Positions 48,301 to 57,335 of a stretch of DNA of 64,000 nucleotides are shown one piece after another; positions within the stretch are counted from its first letter, which is position 1; the number at the start of each line of letters is the position of its first letter. Source of the stretch: Treponemataceae bacterium (lineage in GTDB: Bacteria > Spirochaetota > Spirochaetia > Treponematales > Rectinemataceae); assembly GCA_963678065.2 (NCBI GenBank), contig CAXXVZ010000003.1, forward strand, positions 1,824,001-1,888,000, given 5' to 3'. Under the pieces are notes generated by a model. It did no database searches. It was not told where the DNA came from and saw only the letters and a program-made list of their open reading frames with translations. The translations under genes and the position numbers were made by a program.

Positions 48301-48878
48301 TGCCCTTCCCTCCCCTTCCCTACGAGACGGGAGAGGAAGCGGACGAGGAGGAGAAAGAGGGCACCGACTTCGGCCGTGTCTGCCACGCCGTCCTCGAGGC
48401 TCGGTACAAGGGCCTCGAAGCCTTCTCCCTTGTCACCGAGAGCCTCGCCGGAGGAGCAAGCCTTGCCCGCCTCGCCGCCATGAAGGCCGGGGCGCTGAGT
48501 CTCGCGGAGCGCTTCGCCGCTTCGGAGCTTGGCCGCGAGATCGCGGACTGCCCGCGGGTCGAAACCGAGAAGGATTTTCTTCTCGCCCTTCCGGGAGGCT
48601 TCCTCGTCAAGGGTCGGATGGACCTCTTTGCGCGAAAGGACGGCAGGATTCTGATCATCGATTTCAAGACCCACCGGCGCGCGGCTCAGGGAGCCTACGC
48701 TCTCCAGCTCTGGCTCTACCGCAAGGCGGCCGAATTCCTGTATCCTGATGACCTGATCGAAACCTGGCTCGTCTGGCTGCGCGGCCCCGTCGCAACCTGC
48801 GTGGAGGCCGCCTTCACCGACGGAGAGCTGGCGCGCATCGCTGCCAGAGCCTCGGATCGGGTTCCGGCGGATATGTGA
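45309..48878 (+). CDS. addA: AddA-like UvrD helicase-nuclease
   Basis: AGAGSGKT, IDEFQD, VGDEKQSIYMFRGA, TVHKSKGLEF, YVACTRA; C-terminal GRMDL...IIDFKT. Confidence 0.9.
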   Translation: MAGSTKPDREQDSDQRAAVAMRRNGAVSAGAGSGKTTVLAARYIDLIVNSGAELRSILTLTFTRKAAAEMYSRIHESLVRSELPAVREQAARFPEASISTIDAFCGTVTRSSAARYGYAPDFTTDDEKARSIAVDEALAYLLENRRDPALMELNARLGFTTAWKELFADLAYSLVSPCPDEDGGFPGIAAKTATALDGTIAGLVAALRELSGTVAGAAAAIGKPGNDCALAIEFFGSLPGRLDELPPTPATAVFRARPANCGAADLLCEIARAAAELALRGYARSDPDQAMVKEAAKNARDLAPRLGAAAALLADLGLLEAVMRHMDAFALRYRAAKRAAGVMGFRDVALCATHLLRTRPDIRSWWKGRYRYIMIDEFQDNNADQKNLLFLLAERPELSSFGIPRAGDLVPDKLFFVGDEKQSIYMFRGADVSVFRRLDRELASDGTSLATNYRSEPALVDFFNSAFARIMANPEADFEARFSEIKRRPPTPGLSPTIRYLLRQKPGQGRKDPAERSEDEILAHGIARFVRERVERGDLPVADGKGGTRPAGYGDFALLMRSTSNQHLLERFFRILDIPYSASAVCGLFMESPVNDIYNALRLVLLPEDRTAFAAVLRSPLVRVSDDALVAILSSMDRDKPVSPGTAFGTAPGTGSGFDPGALSAADRERFERGKAIFAKLATMADRVPAPELVSWIWHEAGLRAAILSKPEAHPFLEHFEFVFDLACRAEAAGKNLSAFVSEDLEPFIGSIEKKDVDELQRDHAEGVRIMTVHKSKGLEFPVVIIPWMNNTGARDSSGEAWYASERVGVSVNLKPYDRPKTPFRNIFFEEAKEAQKAKRAAETKRLFYVACTRAISHLVFAGFDSSRAESGGLSFHSLLAGGDGKRGEDGRFPALEPEVSLETIPGLTTDEYKSLFRGTEARKIDDFVPAYRRVARLDRQYCRTTLSATELEAARSDELAAGKEAGKPSGLDQAGRTGRPAGIAWPAALLSLACPQMPFPPLPYETGEEADEEEKEGTDFGRVCHAVLEARYKGLEAFSLVTESLAGGASLARLAAMKAGALSLAERFAASELGREIADCPRVETEKDFLLALPGGFLVKGRMDLFARKDGRILIIDFKTHRRAAQGAYALQLWLYRKAAEFLYPDDLIETWLVWLRGPVATCVEAAFTDGELARIAARASDRVPADM

Positions 48879-48888
48879 GACCCGGGCT

Positions 48889-49494
48889 ATGGCCCGCATG
48901 GAGACAAGAATGGAGCATGAGACAGCGCCGTCGCCGGAGCCGGAAGCGCCCGGACCCGAAAAGCCGACCCCATGGAAGCTTTTTCTGATTTTTACGGGCA
49001 TTTCCTCGGTGACGATCGGAGGAGGCTACGCCATCGTCCCGGTCATCGGCCGGGCGCTCGAAAAACGCGGCTGGATTCAGGAAGACGACTTCCAGGACCT
49101 GTTCGCGCGGGCCCAGGCCTTTCCCGGGCCGATAGCCCTCTCGACCGCCATCATTTCCTCACGGAAGCTCCTGGGGGCCCGGGGAGTCGTTCCGGCGATC
49201 GCCGGCGTCGTCCTGCCTCCCTTCGTGGCCCTCATCCTCGTGGGCTCCCTTCTCGGGCAGTTCGGAAATCTGCCCGTCGTGGCGCGCTTCCTTCATGGAG
49301 CCGGGGCGACCGTTCCCGGTCTCGTGGCGGCCATGCTCTGGCGCACGGCCAAAAGACGGAAATGGACAGCGTTCAGGGCAGGGGCGACAATCGCTCTGGC
49401 GCTTGCCCTCGGCCTCGCGCCGAAGATGAGCCTGCCGATCCTCCTCGGCGCCATCGCCCTTCTGTACCTGGCGGAGAAAACATGGAACTCCTGA
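48889..49494 (+). CDS. chrA: Short-chain chromate transporter subunit
   Basis: TIGGGYAI, AQAFPGPIA. Confidence 0.85.
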   Translation: MARMETRMEHETAPSPEPEAPGPEKPTPWKLFLIFTGISSVTIGGGYAIVPVIGRALEKRGWIQEDDFQDLFARAQAFPGPIALSTAIISSRKLLGARGVVPAIAGVVLPPFVALILVGSLLGQFGNLPVVARFLHGAGATVPGLVAAMLWRTAKRRKWTAFRAGATIALALALGLAPKMSLPILLGAIALLYLAEKTWNS

Positions 49495-50012
49495 ATATCG
49501 TCTGGACATTTTTCAAGATCGGGATCGTGTCCTTCGGCGGAGGATGGTCCATCGTCGGACTGATCCAGAACGAAGTGGTCTCCCGCGGATGGGTGAGCGA
49601 TTCGGGCTTCAAGGCCTGGATCGCGATCGCCCAGTCGACCCCGGGCCCCGTCGCCCTCAACACGGCGACACTCGTGGGATGGAATCAGGGCGGTTTCGTG
49701 GGGGCAGTGCTCGCGACGCTTTCCGTCATCGCTTTCCCCGTCATGGCCATCCTCGCGGCCGGCTATGTCGGCAAAAAGATGAAGCCCGACGAAAAATCCC
49801 TCAACGAAGCCCTGAAGACGGGAAGTATGGCGATGATGCTGATGACGCTCTGGGCGCTCCGTCCCGACGCAGGGGACCCCTTCGCGATCGCCCTCGCCCT
49901 TCTGTCCTTCGCGGCGACGGCTTTCACCAAGATCAATCCGCTATGGGCCATCCTCGGGGCCGGAGCCCTGGACGCGGCCATCGGCCCGGCGATAAGCGCG
50001 ATTTTCAACTAA
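49482..50012 (+). CDS. chrA: Short-chain chromate transporter subunit
   Basis: FFKIGIVSFGGG, AQSTPGPVALNTATLVG. Confidence 0.87.
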   Translation: MELLNIVWTFFKIGIVSFGGGWSIVGLIQNEVVSRGWVSDSGFKAWIAIAQSTPGPVALNTATLVGWNQGGFVGAVLATLSVIAFPVMAILAAGYVGKKMKPDEKSLNEALKTGSMAMMLMTLWALRPDAGDPFAIALALLSFAATAFTKINPLWAILGAGALDAAIGPAISAIFN

Positions 50013-50075
50013 AGAAGCCCGATCCGCGCCTTCCGGGCGCACCCTGAGCGCAGTGTGCTGCCAGGGTATGGGCAT

Positions 50076-51227
50076 TTACAAACGGGGCCGGACTTCGTCC
50101 CACTCCGCGCGCACGCGGGCGATGGCGGACACGAAGGCGGGAATGTCGACGAGCGACTTGGCCGGCGTGAGCTCTCCCGCATGCGCGCAGGCGAGGACGC
50201 GGGCCGCGTTCCCGGCCGCGAACTCCGCGTCGGCGTTGTCGAGGGCGAACTCGTGGCCCGCCGGGTCGTTTCCGGGAATATCGTAGCCTGTGCCGTCGCG
50301 CCAGAACCGGTCGTGGATCGAGCTCAGTTTTTCGTACAGCGCCTTTGCCCTGTATACCCTGACGCCGACGTTGGTGTAGCCGGGGCCTTCGGCCGTGAGC
50401 TTCCCCTGGAGCTTCGCGTGGCCGAAGGAGAGGGGCAGACCCGCGGCATCGAAGCGGATCGGGTATCCCGGGTTGTCGACGGGCGCCGCCGGCAGAAGAA
50501 AATCGACCCTCTCTCCGGCAGCGTTCAGCGCGTCGAGTGCGAGGAGGGAAGCCAGGGCGGTGAGGGGTGAATTGGCGTCGCCCCCGAAGTTGGCGACGAG
50601 GTAGTCGGCATCCTTCCAGAGCTCCCGGCATTGCCAGGCCGCGTCGCCGTGGCCGAGCGGCTTCCCGAATGGCGCTTCCTGGGTAAAAAACGAATACCGT
50701 CCGGGAGCGATCCCGAGCGGCTCCATGATCTCGGCCCTGATGCGATCCTCATATCCGCGGACGACGACGAGGTGGTGGCCGAGCCGGTCCACAGCGTCGA
50801 GGGAATAGGCCGCGACTGGTATCCGGCCTCCTTCTTCGCCGCCGGATTCCGGCCGGATACAGTCGCGCACGGGATAGAGGCCTCTCGGAGCTTCCGGATC
50901 GACGCCGGCCGCTGAAGCGAGCCCCTCATCCTGAGCTTGCCGAAGGGACTTCACCCAGCGCGAACCCGAGCCCGCGAGGAGGGTGAGGCAGACCGTCCGC
51001 GAGGCGAGACCGGCAGCATATACGCCGACCGAGGCCGGCAGGGGCCGGGAGGACAAGGCGCCGCCACCCGCCGCGCCGGCACCGCCGGAACCGTCGCCGG
51101 CAGTGCCGAGATTTCCGGAACCACTCCCCGCGGCGCCGAGCATTGTCTCGAGAGCCAGACGGGGAAGGTCCTTCCTGTGCGCGTAGGCCTGGCCATAGAG
51201 GCCGGAGCAGAGGGCAGACAGAGTCAC
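50076..51227 (-). CDS. Uncharacterised nucleotidyltransferase-like (GT-A fold) protein
   Basis: LLAGSGSRW, FFTQE, PLGHGDA and NFGGD resemble sugar-1-phosphate nucleotidyltransferase motifs. Confidence 0.65.
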   Translation of the reverse strand: MTLSALCSGLYGQAYAHRKDLPRLALETMLGAAGSGSGNLGTAGDGSGGAGAAGGGALSSRPLPASVGVYAAGLASRTVCLTLLAGSGSRWVKSLRQAQDEGLASAAGVDPEAPRGLYPVRDCIRPESGGEEGGRIPVAAYSLDAVDRLGHHLVVVRGYEDRIRAEIMEPLGIAPGRYSFFTQEAPFGKPLGHGDAAWQCRELWKDADYLVANFGGDANSPLTALASLLALDALNAAGERVDFLLPAAPVDNPGYPIRFDAAGLPLSFGHAKLQGKLTAEGPGYTNVGVRVYRAKALYEKLSSIHDRFWRDGTGYDIPGNDPAGHEFALDNADAEFAAGNAARVLACAHAGELTPAKSLVDIPAFVSAIARVRAEWDEVRPRL

Positions 51228-51230
51228 GTT

Positions 51231-52121
51231 TCAGTCCTCGGCGACGATGGGCTGCCGTGTAACCCGGTATTTCTTGACGAAACCGCAGGGCCGGTAGGTC
51301 ATCTTGGCCTGACGCAGTCCCTCGTCGCCGAGATCCTGTTCCCTGTTGATCGTCTTGAAATGCGAGGGCAGCCCCTGGGCGAAGGCCTGATTGATGAACT
51401 GGTAGATGCCTTTGTACCTGTCGCATGCTTTCTCGAAGTGGATGGCGAACATCCTTCCCTTGGCGACGGGCTCGCCCAGACACCAGCCGGCCGGCGCTCC
51501 GTCGACATAGTAGACGCAGCCGCGCATGCCGAGATCCTCGAAGAGCCCGATGGCTTCGCGCGAGGCGACATAGTCTCCGTCGGAGCCCTTGGCCTCGCGC
51601 CACTCGTCGAGGACCGCGAGGGCGTCGGCGGCATTGTCCTTGCGCAGGGGCTTCTGCTCGTAGCTGTAGGAATTGATGAAGGCGTTCACGAGGTTGCGCT
51701 TCTTGTGGTAAGCGCGCCCGGAGAGTTCGGCGAGATCGGTGCGCTCGTATATGTAGTCGAAGTTGTCGCGGTCTTCCTCCACGTGGTAGCCGCGCTGTTC
51801 AAGCTCGATCCTGTGGATCTCGGACTGGGATTCCGACATGTTCTTGAAATAATCGTGACCCGCCATGAGGTTGTCGAAGATCTCGCGATCGGGGAAGCAG
51901 CAGGGCAGGTAGAAAAAGGACTTACCCGCTTTCGTCCCCTCTACGACGGAGGAGCCTCCGGGAAGCAGGGAGACCCGGTAGTCGTAAACATGGCGGAAGA
52001 GGTAGAGATTCGAGAACGTGAGTTCGGAGATTCCGTCCTTCGTCATATTGAGAGCGGGATAGAGATCCGCGCGCATGTCGAGGTCTATGGCTGCGAATTC
52101 GGGGTATTGAGGTATTGGCAT
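51231..52121 (-). CDS. Stand-alone DUF2156 (aminoacyl-transferase/GNAT-like) protein
   Basis: SELTFSNLYLF, DRDNFDYIY, LSGRAYHKKRN, IHFEKA, INREQDLGDEGLRQAKMTYRP. Confidence 0.85.
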   Translation of the reverse strand: MPIPQYPEFAAIDLDMRADLYPALNMTKDGISELTFSNLYLFRHVYDYRVSLLPGGSSVVEGTKAGKSFFYLPCCFPDREIFDNLMAGHDYFKNMSESQSEIHRIELEQRGYHVEEDRDNFDYIYERTDLAELSGRAYHKKRNLVNAFINSYSYEQKPLRKDNAADALAVLDEWREAKGSDGDYVASREAIGLFEDLGMRGCVYYVDGAPAGWCLGEPVAKGRMFAIHFEKACDRYKGIYQFINQAFAQGLPSHFKTINREQDLGDEGLRQAKMTYRPCGFVKKYRVTRQPIVAED

Positions 52122-52246
52122 GCTGTATATCATAAGGATCGGAAAGGGGGTTCGGCAAGTGCGATCGTGTTCGGGCCCCGACTGTGCGGCGATTGCGAAG
52201 TCCCGGGAGCTTGCGCTCCCGCGGAAACGAAGGCATACTTTCCCGC

Positions 52247-53503
52247 ATGAAACACTTTTCCGAACTGCTCGCGCGTCGCTACACGCCTAAAATGGTGGAG
52301 CGATTCATCTCCTACGTCAAAATGTTCACCACAAGCAACCGCCACATAGAGGACATTCCCTCCACCGCGACACAGTGGGATCTGGCGCGCCTCCTCGTCT
52401 CCGAACTCGGGGCCATCGGAATCCGCGACCTCGAACTCGACGGGCACTGCTACCTCATCGCCAGGCTTCCTGCCAGTCCGGGTTGCGAAAAACGCCCCTG
52501 CATCGGCCTCATGGCCCACATGGATACCGCCTCCGATGTGACCGGCGAAAACGCCCGCCCCCGCGTCATTGCGGGCTACGATGGCGGAAGCGTGGCCCTC
52601 TCGCAGGAGTGGGTGCTCGATCCGGCCGACAACCCCGACCTCCGTGAGCACGTCGGAGACACGATCATCGTCACCGACGGTACGACCCTTCTCGGCGCCG
52701 ACGACAAGGCGGGCATCGCCGAGATCATGACCGCGGCGGAGTTCCTCGTCACCCATCCTGAAATCCGGCACGGCCCCATCGAGATCGTCTTCACGCCCGA
52801 CGAGGAGACAGGCAAGGGCATGAACCTCTTTCCCGTCAACAAGCTGAAATCGGTGGCCTGCTACACTCTCGACGGCGGAAAGGCCGCGGAAATCGAGGCG
52901 GAATGCTTCACAGCCTACTCCGTCCACGCCGAGTTCGCAGGGAAGGTCATCCACATCGGCGCGGCGCGCGGAAAGCTCGCCAATGCCGTGTCCATGGCCG
53001 GTTCGTTCATCTCGATGCTGCCCCGGAGCGAGAGCCCCGAGGCCACGGATGAGTGGTACGGATACTACTGCCCCATCGAGATGTCGGGCGGGCTCGAGAA
53101 GGCCGTCGTCGATATCTATCTGCGCGATTTCACCGACGCGGGCATGAATGGCCGGATCGCGGCGGTGAAAACCCTCGCGGCGGCTGTGGAGGCTCAATTT
53201 CCGCTCGGAAACGTCAAGCTCGACATCAAGAAACAGTATCTCAACATGCGCAAGAAGCTCGACGAGACCCCCGAAGTCCTCAACAAGCTCATGGACGCGG
53301 CCAAAAGGGCCGGAGCGGAGCCCTGCATCAAGCCGATCCGCGGCGGCACCGACGGCGCCCGACTCACCGAGATGGGCATCCCCACTCCGAACATCTTCAC
53401 GGGCGGCTACAACTATCACAGCCGCTTCGAGTGGGCCTCCGTCGCCGAGATGGCGCTCGCGGTCGACACCATCATCGAGCTCGTGCAGCTCTGGGCCGAG
53501 TAA
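52247..53503 (+). CDS. pepT: Peptidase T
   Basis: AHMDT, GTTLLGADDKAG, TPDEE, IRGGTDG, NYHSRFE. Confidence 0.95.
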   Translation: MKHFSELLARRYTPKMVERFISYVKMFTTSNRHIEDIPSTATQWDLARLLVSELGAIGIRDLELDGHCYLIARLPASPGCEKRPCIGLMAHMDTASDVTGENARPRVIAGYDGGSVALSQEWVLDPADNPDLREHVGDTIIVTDGTTLLGADDKAGIAEIMTAAEFLVTHPEIRHGPIEIVFTPDEETGKGMNLFPVNKLKSVACYTLDGGKAAEIEAECFTAYSVHAEFAGKVIHIGAARGKLANAVSMAGSFISMLPRSESPEATDEWYGYYCPIEMSGGLEKAVVDIYLRDFTDAGMNGRIAAVKTLAAAVEAQFPLGNVKLDIKKQYLNMRKKLDETPEVLNKLMDAAKRAGAEPCIKPIRGGTDGARLTEMGIPTPNIFTGGYNYHSRFEWASVAEMALAVDTIIELVQLWAE

Positions 53504-54156
53504 GGCCGACAGGTCGACATCACGACGACCTCGGCCTCCGTGTGCTCCTTGATCCATTCGGGTGTGTAGGGTTCGAAGTATTCCAGCAGGTAGAACTTCC
53601 CTCCCATCACCTCGAAGTATCCCACGTCGGTGACGATGAGATTGACTTCGTGCGCGGCGGTCAGCGGCAGAGCGCAGCGACGCTTCAGCTTGGACGCGCC
53701 TGATTTTTCCAGATGGGTCGTCGCCGCGATGACGACGCGCGATCCCGCGACGAGGTCCATGGCGCCGCCCATGCCGGGCACCATTTTGCCGGGTATCTTG
53801 TAGTTCGCCAGATTGCCTTCCTGGTCCACTTCGAGGACGCCGAGGACCGTGTAGTCGACATGGCCTCCCCTTATGATGCCGAAACTCATCGCGGAGTCGA
53901 AGAAGGCCCCTCCGGGAAGGATGGTCACGGGCTGCGCGCCCGCGTTGGTCAGGTCGGGATCGTCGAAACCCTTTTCCGGCGCCGGGCCGAGTCCGAGCAT
54001 GCCGTTCTCGGACTGCAGGACAATGGTGACATCCTCCGGGATGTAGTTCGCGACCAGAGTCGGAAGGCCGATCCCGAGGTTGACGACATCGCCGGTCTTG
54101 AATATGCAGGCTATCCGCCTCGCGATCATCTCCTTGTTTTCGACATACTCGATCAT
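53416..54156 (-). CDS. atoA: 3-oxoacid (acetoacetate) CoA-transferase beta subunit
   Basis: VNLGIGLPT, QSENG, IRGGH, GMGGAMDL. Confidence 0.9.
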   Translation of the reverse strand: MIEYVENKEMIARRIACIFKTGDVVNLGIGLPTLVANYIPEDVTIVLQSENGMLGLGPAPEKGFDDPDLTNAGAQPVTILPGGAFFDSAMSFGIIRGGHVDYTVLGVLEVDQEGNLANYKIPGKMVPGMGGAMDLVAGSRVVIAATTHLEKSGASKLKRRCALPLTAAHEVNLIVTDVGYFEVMGGKFYLLEYFEPYTPEWIKEHTEAEVVVMSTCRPYSAQSCTSSMMVSTASAISATEAHSKRL

Positions 54157-54839
54157 GCCTTCCTCCCCTTCGCCCGCACGAGGCAATCCACGAATATCGA
54201 GGGCGTGTGTACCTGGTCGGGATCGATGCACCCGACATCGACGATTTCCTCCACTTCGGCGATCACGAAGGAGCAGGCCATAGCCATCAGCGGATTGAAG
54301 TTGCGGGCTGTCTTCGAATACTGGAGATTGCCGACCCTGTCCGCCCTCTTCGCCTTGATGATGGCGACGTCGCCGGGAAGCGGCAGCTCGAGAAGATAGA
54401 CCTTGTTGCCGATCGTGAGGAGCTGCTTGCCCTCCTGGACCTCGGTGCCAAGGCCCGTCGACGTGAGGAATCCTCCAAGTCCGCAACCCGCCGCCCTGAC
54501 TCTCTCGGCCAGTGTTCCCTGGGGAACGAGGTCGACGACAGTTTCGCCGGCGTTCATCTGTCTCTGGGTTTCAGGGTTCGTGCCGATGTGGGAGACGATG
54601 ACCCGCGCGAACTGCCGGTTGACAACGAGCGGCGCGACGCCGGTGATCCTGCCCGATCGCGCGTCGAATATCGCGGTGTCGTTGCAGACCAAGGTCAGAT
54701 TCCGGACTCCGGAGGCCGCCAGGGCGGCGATCACGGCCTCGGGGGACCCGCATCCGAGAAAACCGCCGACGTGGAGGGTCATGCCTTCTTTGATGTGGCC
54801 CGCGGCCTCGGTGGCTTCGAGTATAGGTTTTTCGATCAT
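54153..54839 (-). CDS. atoD: 3-oxoacid (acetoacetate) CoA-transferase alpha subunit
   Basis: VGGFLGCGSP, SHIGTNP, PQGTLAERVRA, TARNFNP. Confidence 0.9.
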   Translation of the reverse strand: MIEKPILEATEAAGHIKEGMTLHVGGFLGCGSPEAVIAALAASGVRNLTLVCNDTAIFDARSGRITGVAPLVVNRQFARVIVSHIGTNPETQRQMNAGETVVDLVPQGTLAERVRAAGCGLGGFLTSTGLGTEVQEGKQLLTIGNKVYLLELPLPGDVAIIKAKRADRVGNLQYSKTARNFNPLMAMACSFVIAEVEEIVDVGCIDPDQVHTPSIFVDCLVRAKGRKA

Positions 54840-54885
54840 GATACCTCCGTGAAGATGACGATATGGTCCGATGACGCAGAGCTTT

Positions 54886-55626
54886 TCACTCCCTCGCCTT
54901 TTCCGCCAGTTTCCGCGCGATGAACGTGGCGACATCGTCCGCGTAGCTGCCCTTGCCGAAGCCCGCGTCGTAGCCGAGTTCGACCGCGAGCTTGTTCGTG
55001 ATGCGGGGACCTCCCGCCACGCAGATGAAGCGGCCGCGTTCGCCCGCCGCTTCCAGGAGTTCGACGAACTCCGTCATGTTCCCGATGTGGACATCTTTCT
55101 GTGTCACGATCTGCGAGACGAGGATGGCGTCGGCTCCCACCTTGCGCGAGAACTCGATGAGTTTTTCGTTCGGAACCTGGGCGCCGAGGTTGAAGGCTTC
55201 CATCATCGCGTAGCGTTCGAGCCCGTAGTGGTGGTTGTATCCCTTCATGTTCATGATCGCGTCGATGCCGACAGTGTGCGCGTCGAAACCGGTGCAGGCT
55301 CCGACCACCACGACTTTGCGGCCGAGCTTTTCGCGGATGAAATCGTTGACCTCGTCCATCGACATCGAATCTGATTCCGAGACGACATCGGCTCTGACTG
55401 TCGACCAGTCGATGCCGCGCTCCGTCCTCGCGTAGGCGACGTAGAACGAAAATTCCTCCGATATCGCGGCGGAGTGGGTGATCTCGCAGTCGGCGAAGCC
55501 CCAGGACAGTACGAGAAGCCTCGCCGCCTCGCGGCCGCGGGCTCCGTCGGGGACGGGAAGGGTGAAGGACATCTGGACCTTCCCGTCATCCATGGTGTCC
55601 CCGTAGGGGCGAATGATTTCAGGCAT
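54886..55626 (-). CDS. kamE: Lysine 5,6-aminomutase beta subunit (B12-binding)
   Basis: PYGDTMDDGKVQMSFTLPV, GACTGFDAHTVGIDAIMNMKG, ELGYDAGFG. Confidence 0.94.
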   Translation of the reverse strand: MPEIIRPYGDTMDDGKVQMSFTLPVPDGARGREAARLLVLSWGFADCEITHSAAISEEFSFYVAYARTERGIDWSTVRADVVSESDSMSMDEVNDFIREKLGRKVVVVGACTGFDAHTVGIDAIMNMKGYNHHYGLERYAMMEAFNLGAQVPNEKLIEFSRKVGADAILVSQIVTQKDVHIGNMTEFVELLEAAGERGRFICVAGGPRITNKLAVELGYDAGFGKGSYADDVATFIARKLAEKARE

Positions 55627-55628
55627 GA

Positions 55629-57326
55629 TCAGTCCTCCTTTCCGGATCGACCGGCTGGAATCGACGCGAAGCCGCCCTTCGAGTCCTGGCCGGGATTTCG
55701 CGCCAGGCCCAGGCCCGCCACCAGAGCGTCCTCGACGGGGTTGAAGTACGCGGGCCCCTTGCGCACGAGTCCCTCCAAGCCCTTGCCGCCGTCTCGCGGG
55801 CGCTTTACATCGGCGAACATCCCCCGCCCGATCGCCTCGAAAAGGCCGCATTCCACGATCTCGCCGAGGAATTCCACAGTCCTGTCCAGCACTTCGCGGG
55901 CGCGGGCGACGATGATACCCTCGGGCCTGAACTCGATCTCGTCGTAGAAAGATTCCATGGAGTTCATGATGTACTTCGCGTTCTCCACCGCGAGAAAGCG
56001 GTCCATCATGAAGGGCGTGTGGATGGCCTCCGTCAGCATGCCGAGGAGGTGAATGCCCTGGTTCGTCGCCTTGGAGGCGAAGTTGAACATCGTGTCCATC
56101 GCGAGTCCCTTGAATATGTCGCCCGACATGAATTTCGTCGGCGGCATGTATTTCAGGGGATGCTCGGGGAATATCTCGCGCGCCATCTGCGCCTGCGCGA
56201 GCTCGTAGAGGAATCCGTTCCGGAGGGAAGGGTCCATCTCGAAGGCGTGGCCGAGACCCATGAGCTTCGCGGGAAGGCCTGCCGCATACGCGAATCGCTC
56301 GTTCAGGAACTGGCTCGCGAGGACCGTGTAAGCCTTCTCCCAGGCATCGCTCGTCGTGAGGTAGTTGTCCTCTCCCGTGTTGATGATGATGCCCGCATAG
56401 GCGTTGATCATGCGGCTGAATTTCTGGTCGACGAAGGTGCGGTACATGTTGATGTCGCGGAAGAGGATTCCGTACATCGAGTCGTTCAGCATCATGTCGA
56501 GGCGTTCGAGGGCTCCCATGGCCGCGATCTCGGGCATGCACAGGCCCGAAGCGTAGTTCGTGAGGCGGATGTAGCGACCTTGTTTTTCCGAGACCTCGTC
56601 GAGGGCGCCGCGCATGATGCGGAAATTTTCCTGCGTGGCGTAGGTGCCGCCGAAACCTTCCGTCGTGGCGCCGTAGGGCACGTAGTCGAGAAGGCTCTGC
56701 GCCGTCGTCCTGATGACGGCGATGACGTCGGCGCCTCTCTCCGCGGCCGCCTTCGCCTGCTTCACGTCCTCGTAGATATTGCCGGTCGCGACGATGAGGT
56801 AGAGCATGGGTTCGGAGTTGCGGCCTTTCCAGAGCTCGAGCTTCTCCTCGCGGATTCCGCGGTTATGCGAAATCCTCGCGAGCCCGGCGTCCGCGAGCCT
56901 CTGCGCTTCCTCGCCGATGGAGTTGCGGTCGCCCAAGGGGAGAGAGGCTACCTTGAATCCTCCGGCGATTTTCGCGTTGAGGCCGGCCGGACCGAGACCC
57001 GTCTTCATGAGGGCGTTGACGTAGTAGAGAAGCGCCCCGTCCTCCAGCTTCTCCGCGGCGCCGATACCCCCCCCGCCGACGCCTCCATCGAGGGCGGCTC
57101 CGTCGCGCGCGGTTCCATCGTGAGTCTTCAGCTGGTCGACGACGAGGTTCGGGACGGGAACGCCGTCGGGATCGGCTCCGTCCGCCCCCACGATGCGCAG
57201 GGTGGCGCGCTCCACGGCCACCGAAGTGTAGCCGTCCACAAAATCCAGAACGGGAGCAGTCGCAATGGTGGCGAGCTCCCGCGCGCGCGCGATCTTTTCG
57301 TGTGACAGTCCCAGTTTTTCCTTCAT
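55629..57326 (-). CDS. kamD: Lysine 5,6-aminomutase alpha subunit
   Basis: YLIVATGNIYED, VIRTTAQSLLDYVPYG, NYASGLCMPE, KYMPPTK. Confidence 0.95.
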   Translation of the reverse strand: MKEKLGLSHEKIARARELATIATAPVLDFVDGYTSVAVERATLRIVGADGADPDGVPVPNLVVDQLKTHDGTARDGAALDGGVGGGGIGAAEKLEDGALLYYVNALMKTGLGPAGLNAKIAGGFKVASLPLGDRNSIGEEAQRLADAGLARISHNRGIREEKLELWKGRNSEPMLYLIVATGNIYEDVKQAKAAAERGADVIAVIRTTAQSLLDYVPYGATTEGFGGTYATQENFRIMRGALDEVSEKQGRYIRLTNYASGLCMPEIAAMGALERLDMMLNDSMYGILFRDINMYRTFVDQKFSRMINAYAGIIINTGEDNYLTTSDAWEKAYTVLASQFLNERFAYAAGLPAKLMGLGHAFEMDPSLRNGFLYELAQAQMAREIFPEHPLKYMPPTKFMSGDIFKGLAMDTMFNFASKATNQGIHLLGMLTEAIHTPFMMDRFLAVENAKYIMNSMESFYDEIEFRPEGIIVARAREVLDRTVEFLGEIVECGLFEAIGRGMFADVKRPRDGGKGLEGLVRKGPAYFNPVEDALVAGLGLARNPGQDSKGGFASIPAGRSGKED

Positions 57327-57335
57327 GTTCATTCC

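Noticed and set aside
42502..48878. Helicase plus nuclease pair as a novel defence system or Cas4
   Set aside because: Gene order, sizes and motifs fit housekeeping AddAB; no CRISPR array or defence context.
54886..56541. 551-aa ORF suggesting an extended KamE
   Set aside because: The upstream part overlaps kamD in another frame; the real start is 55626 with an AGGAGG RBS.
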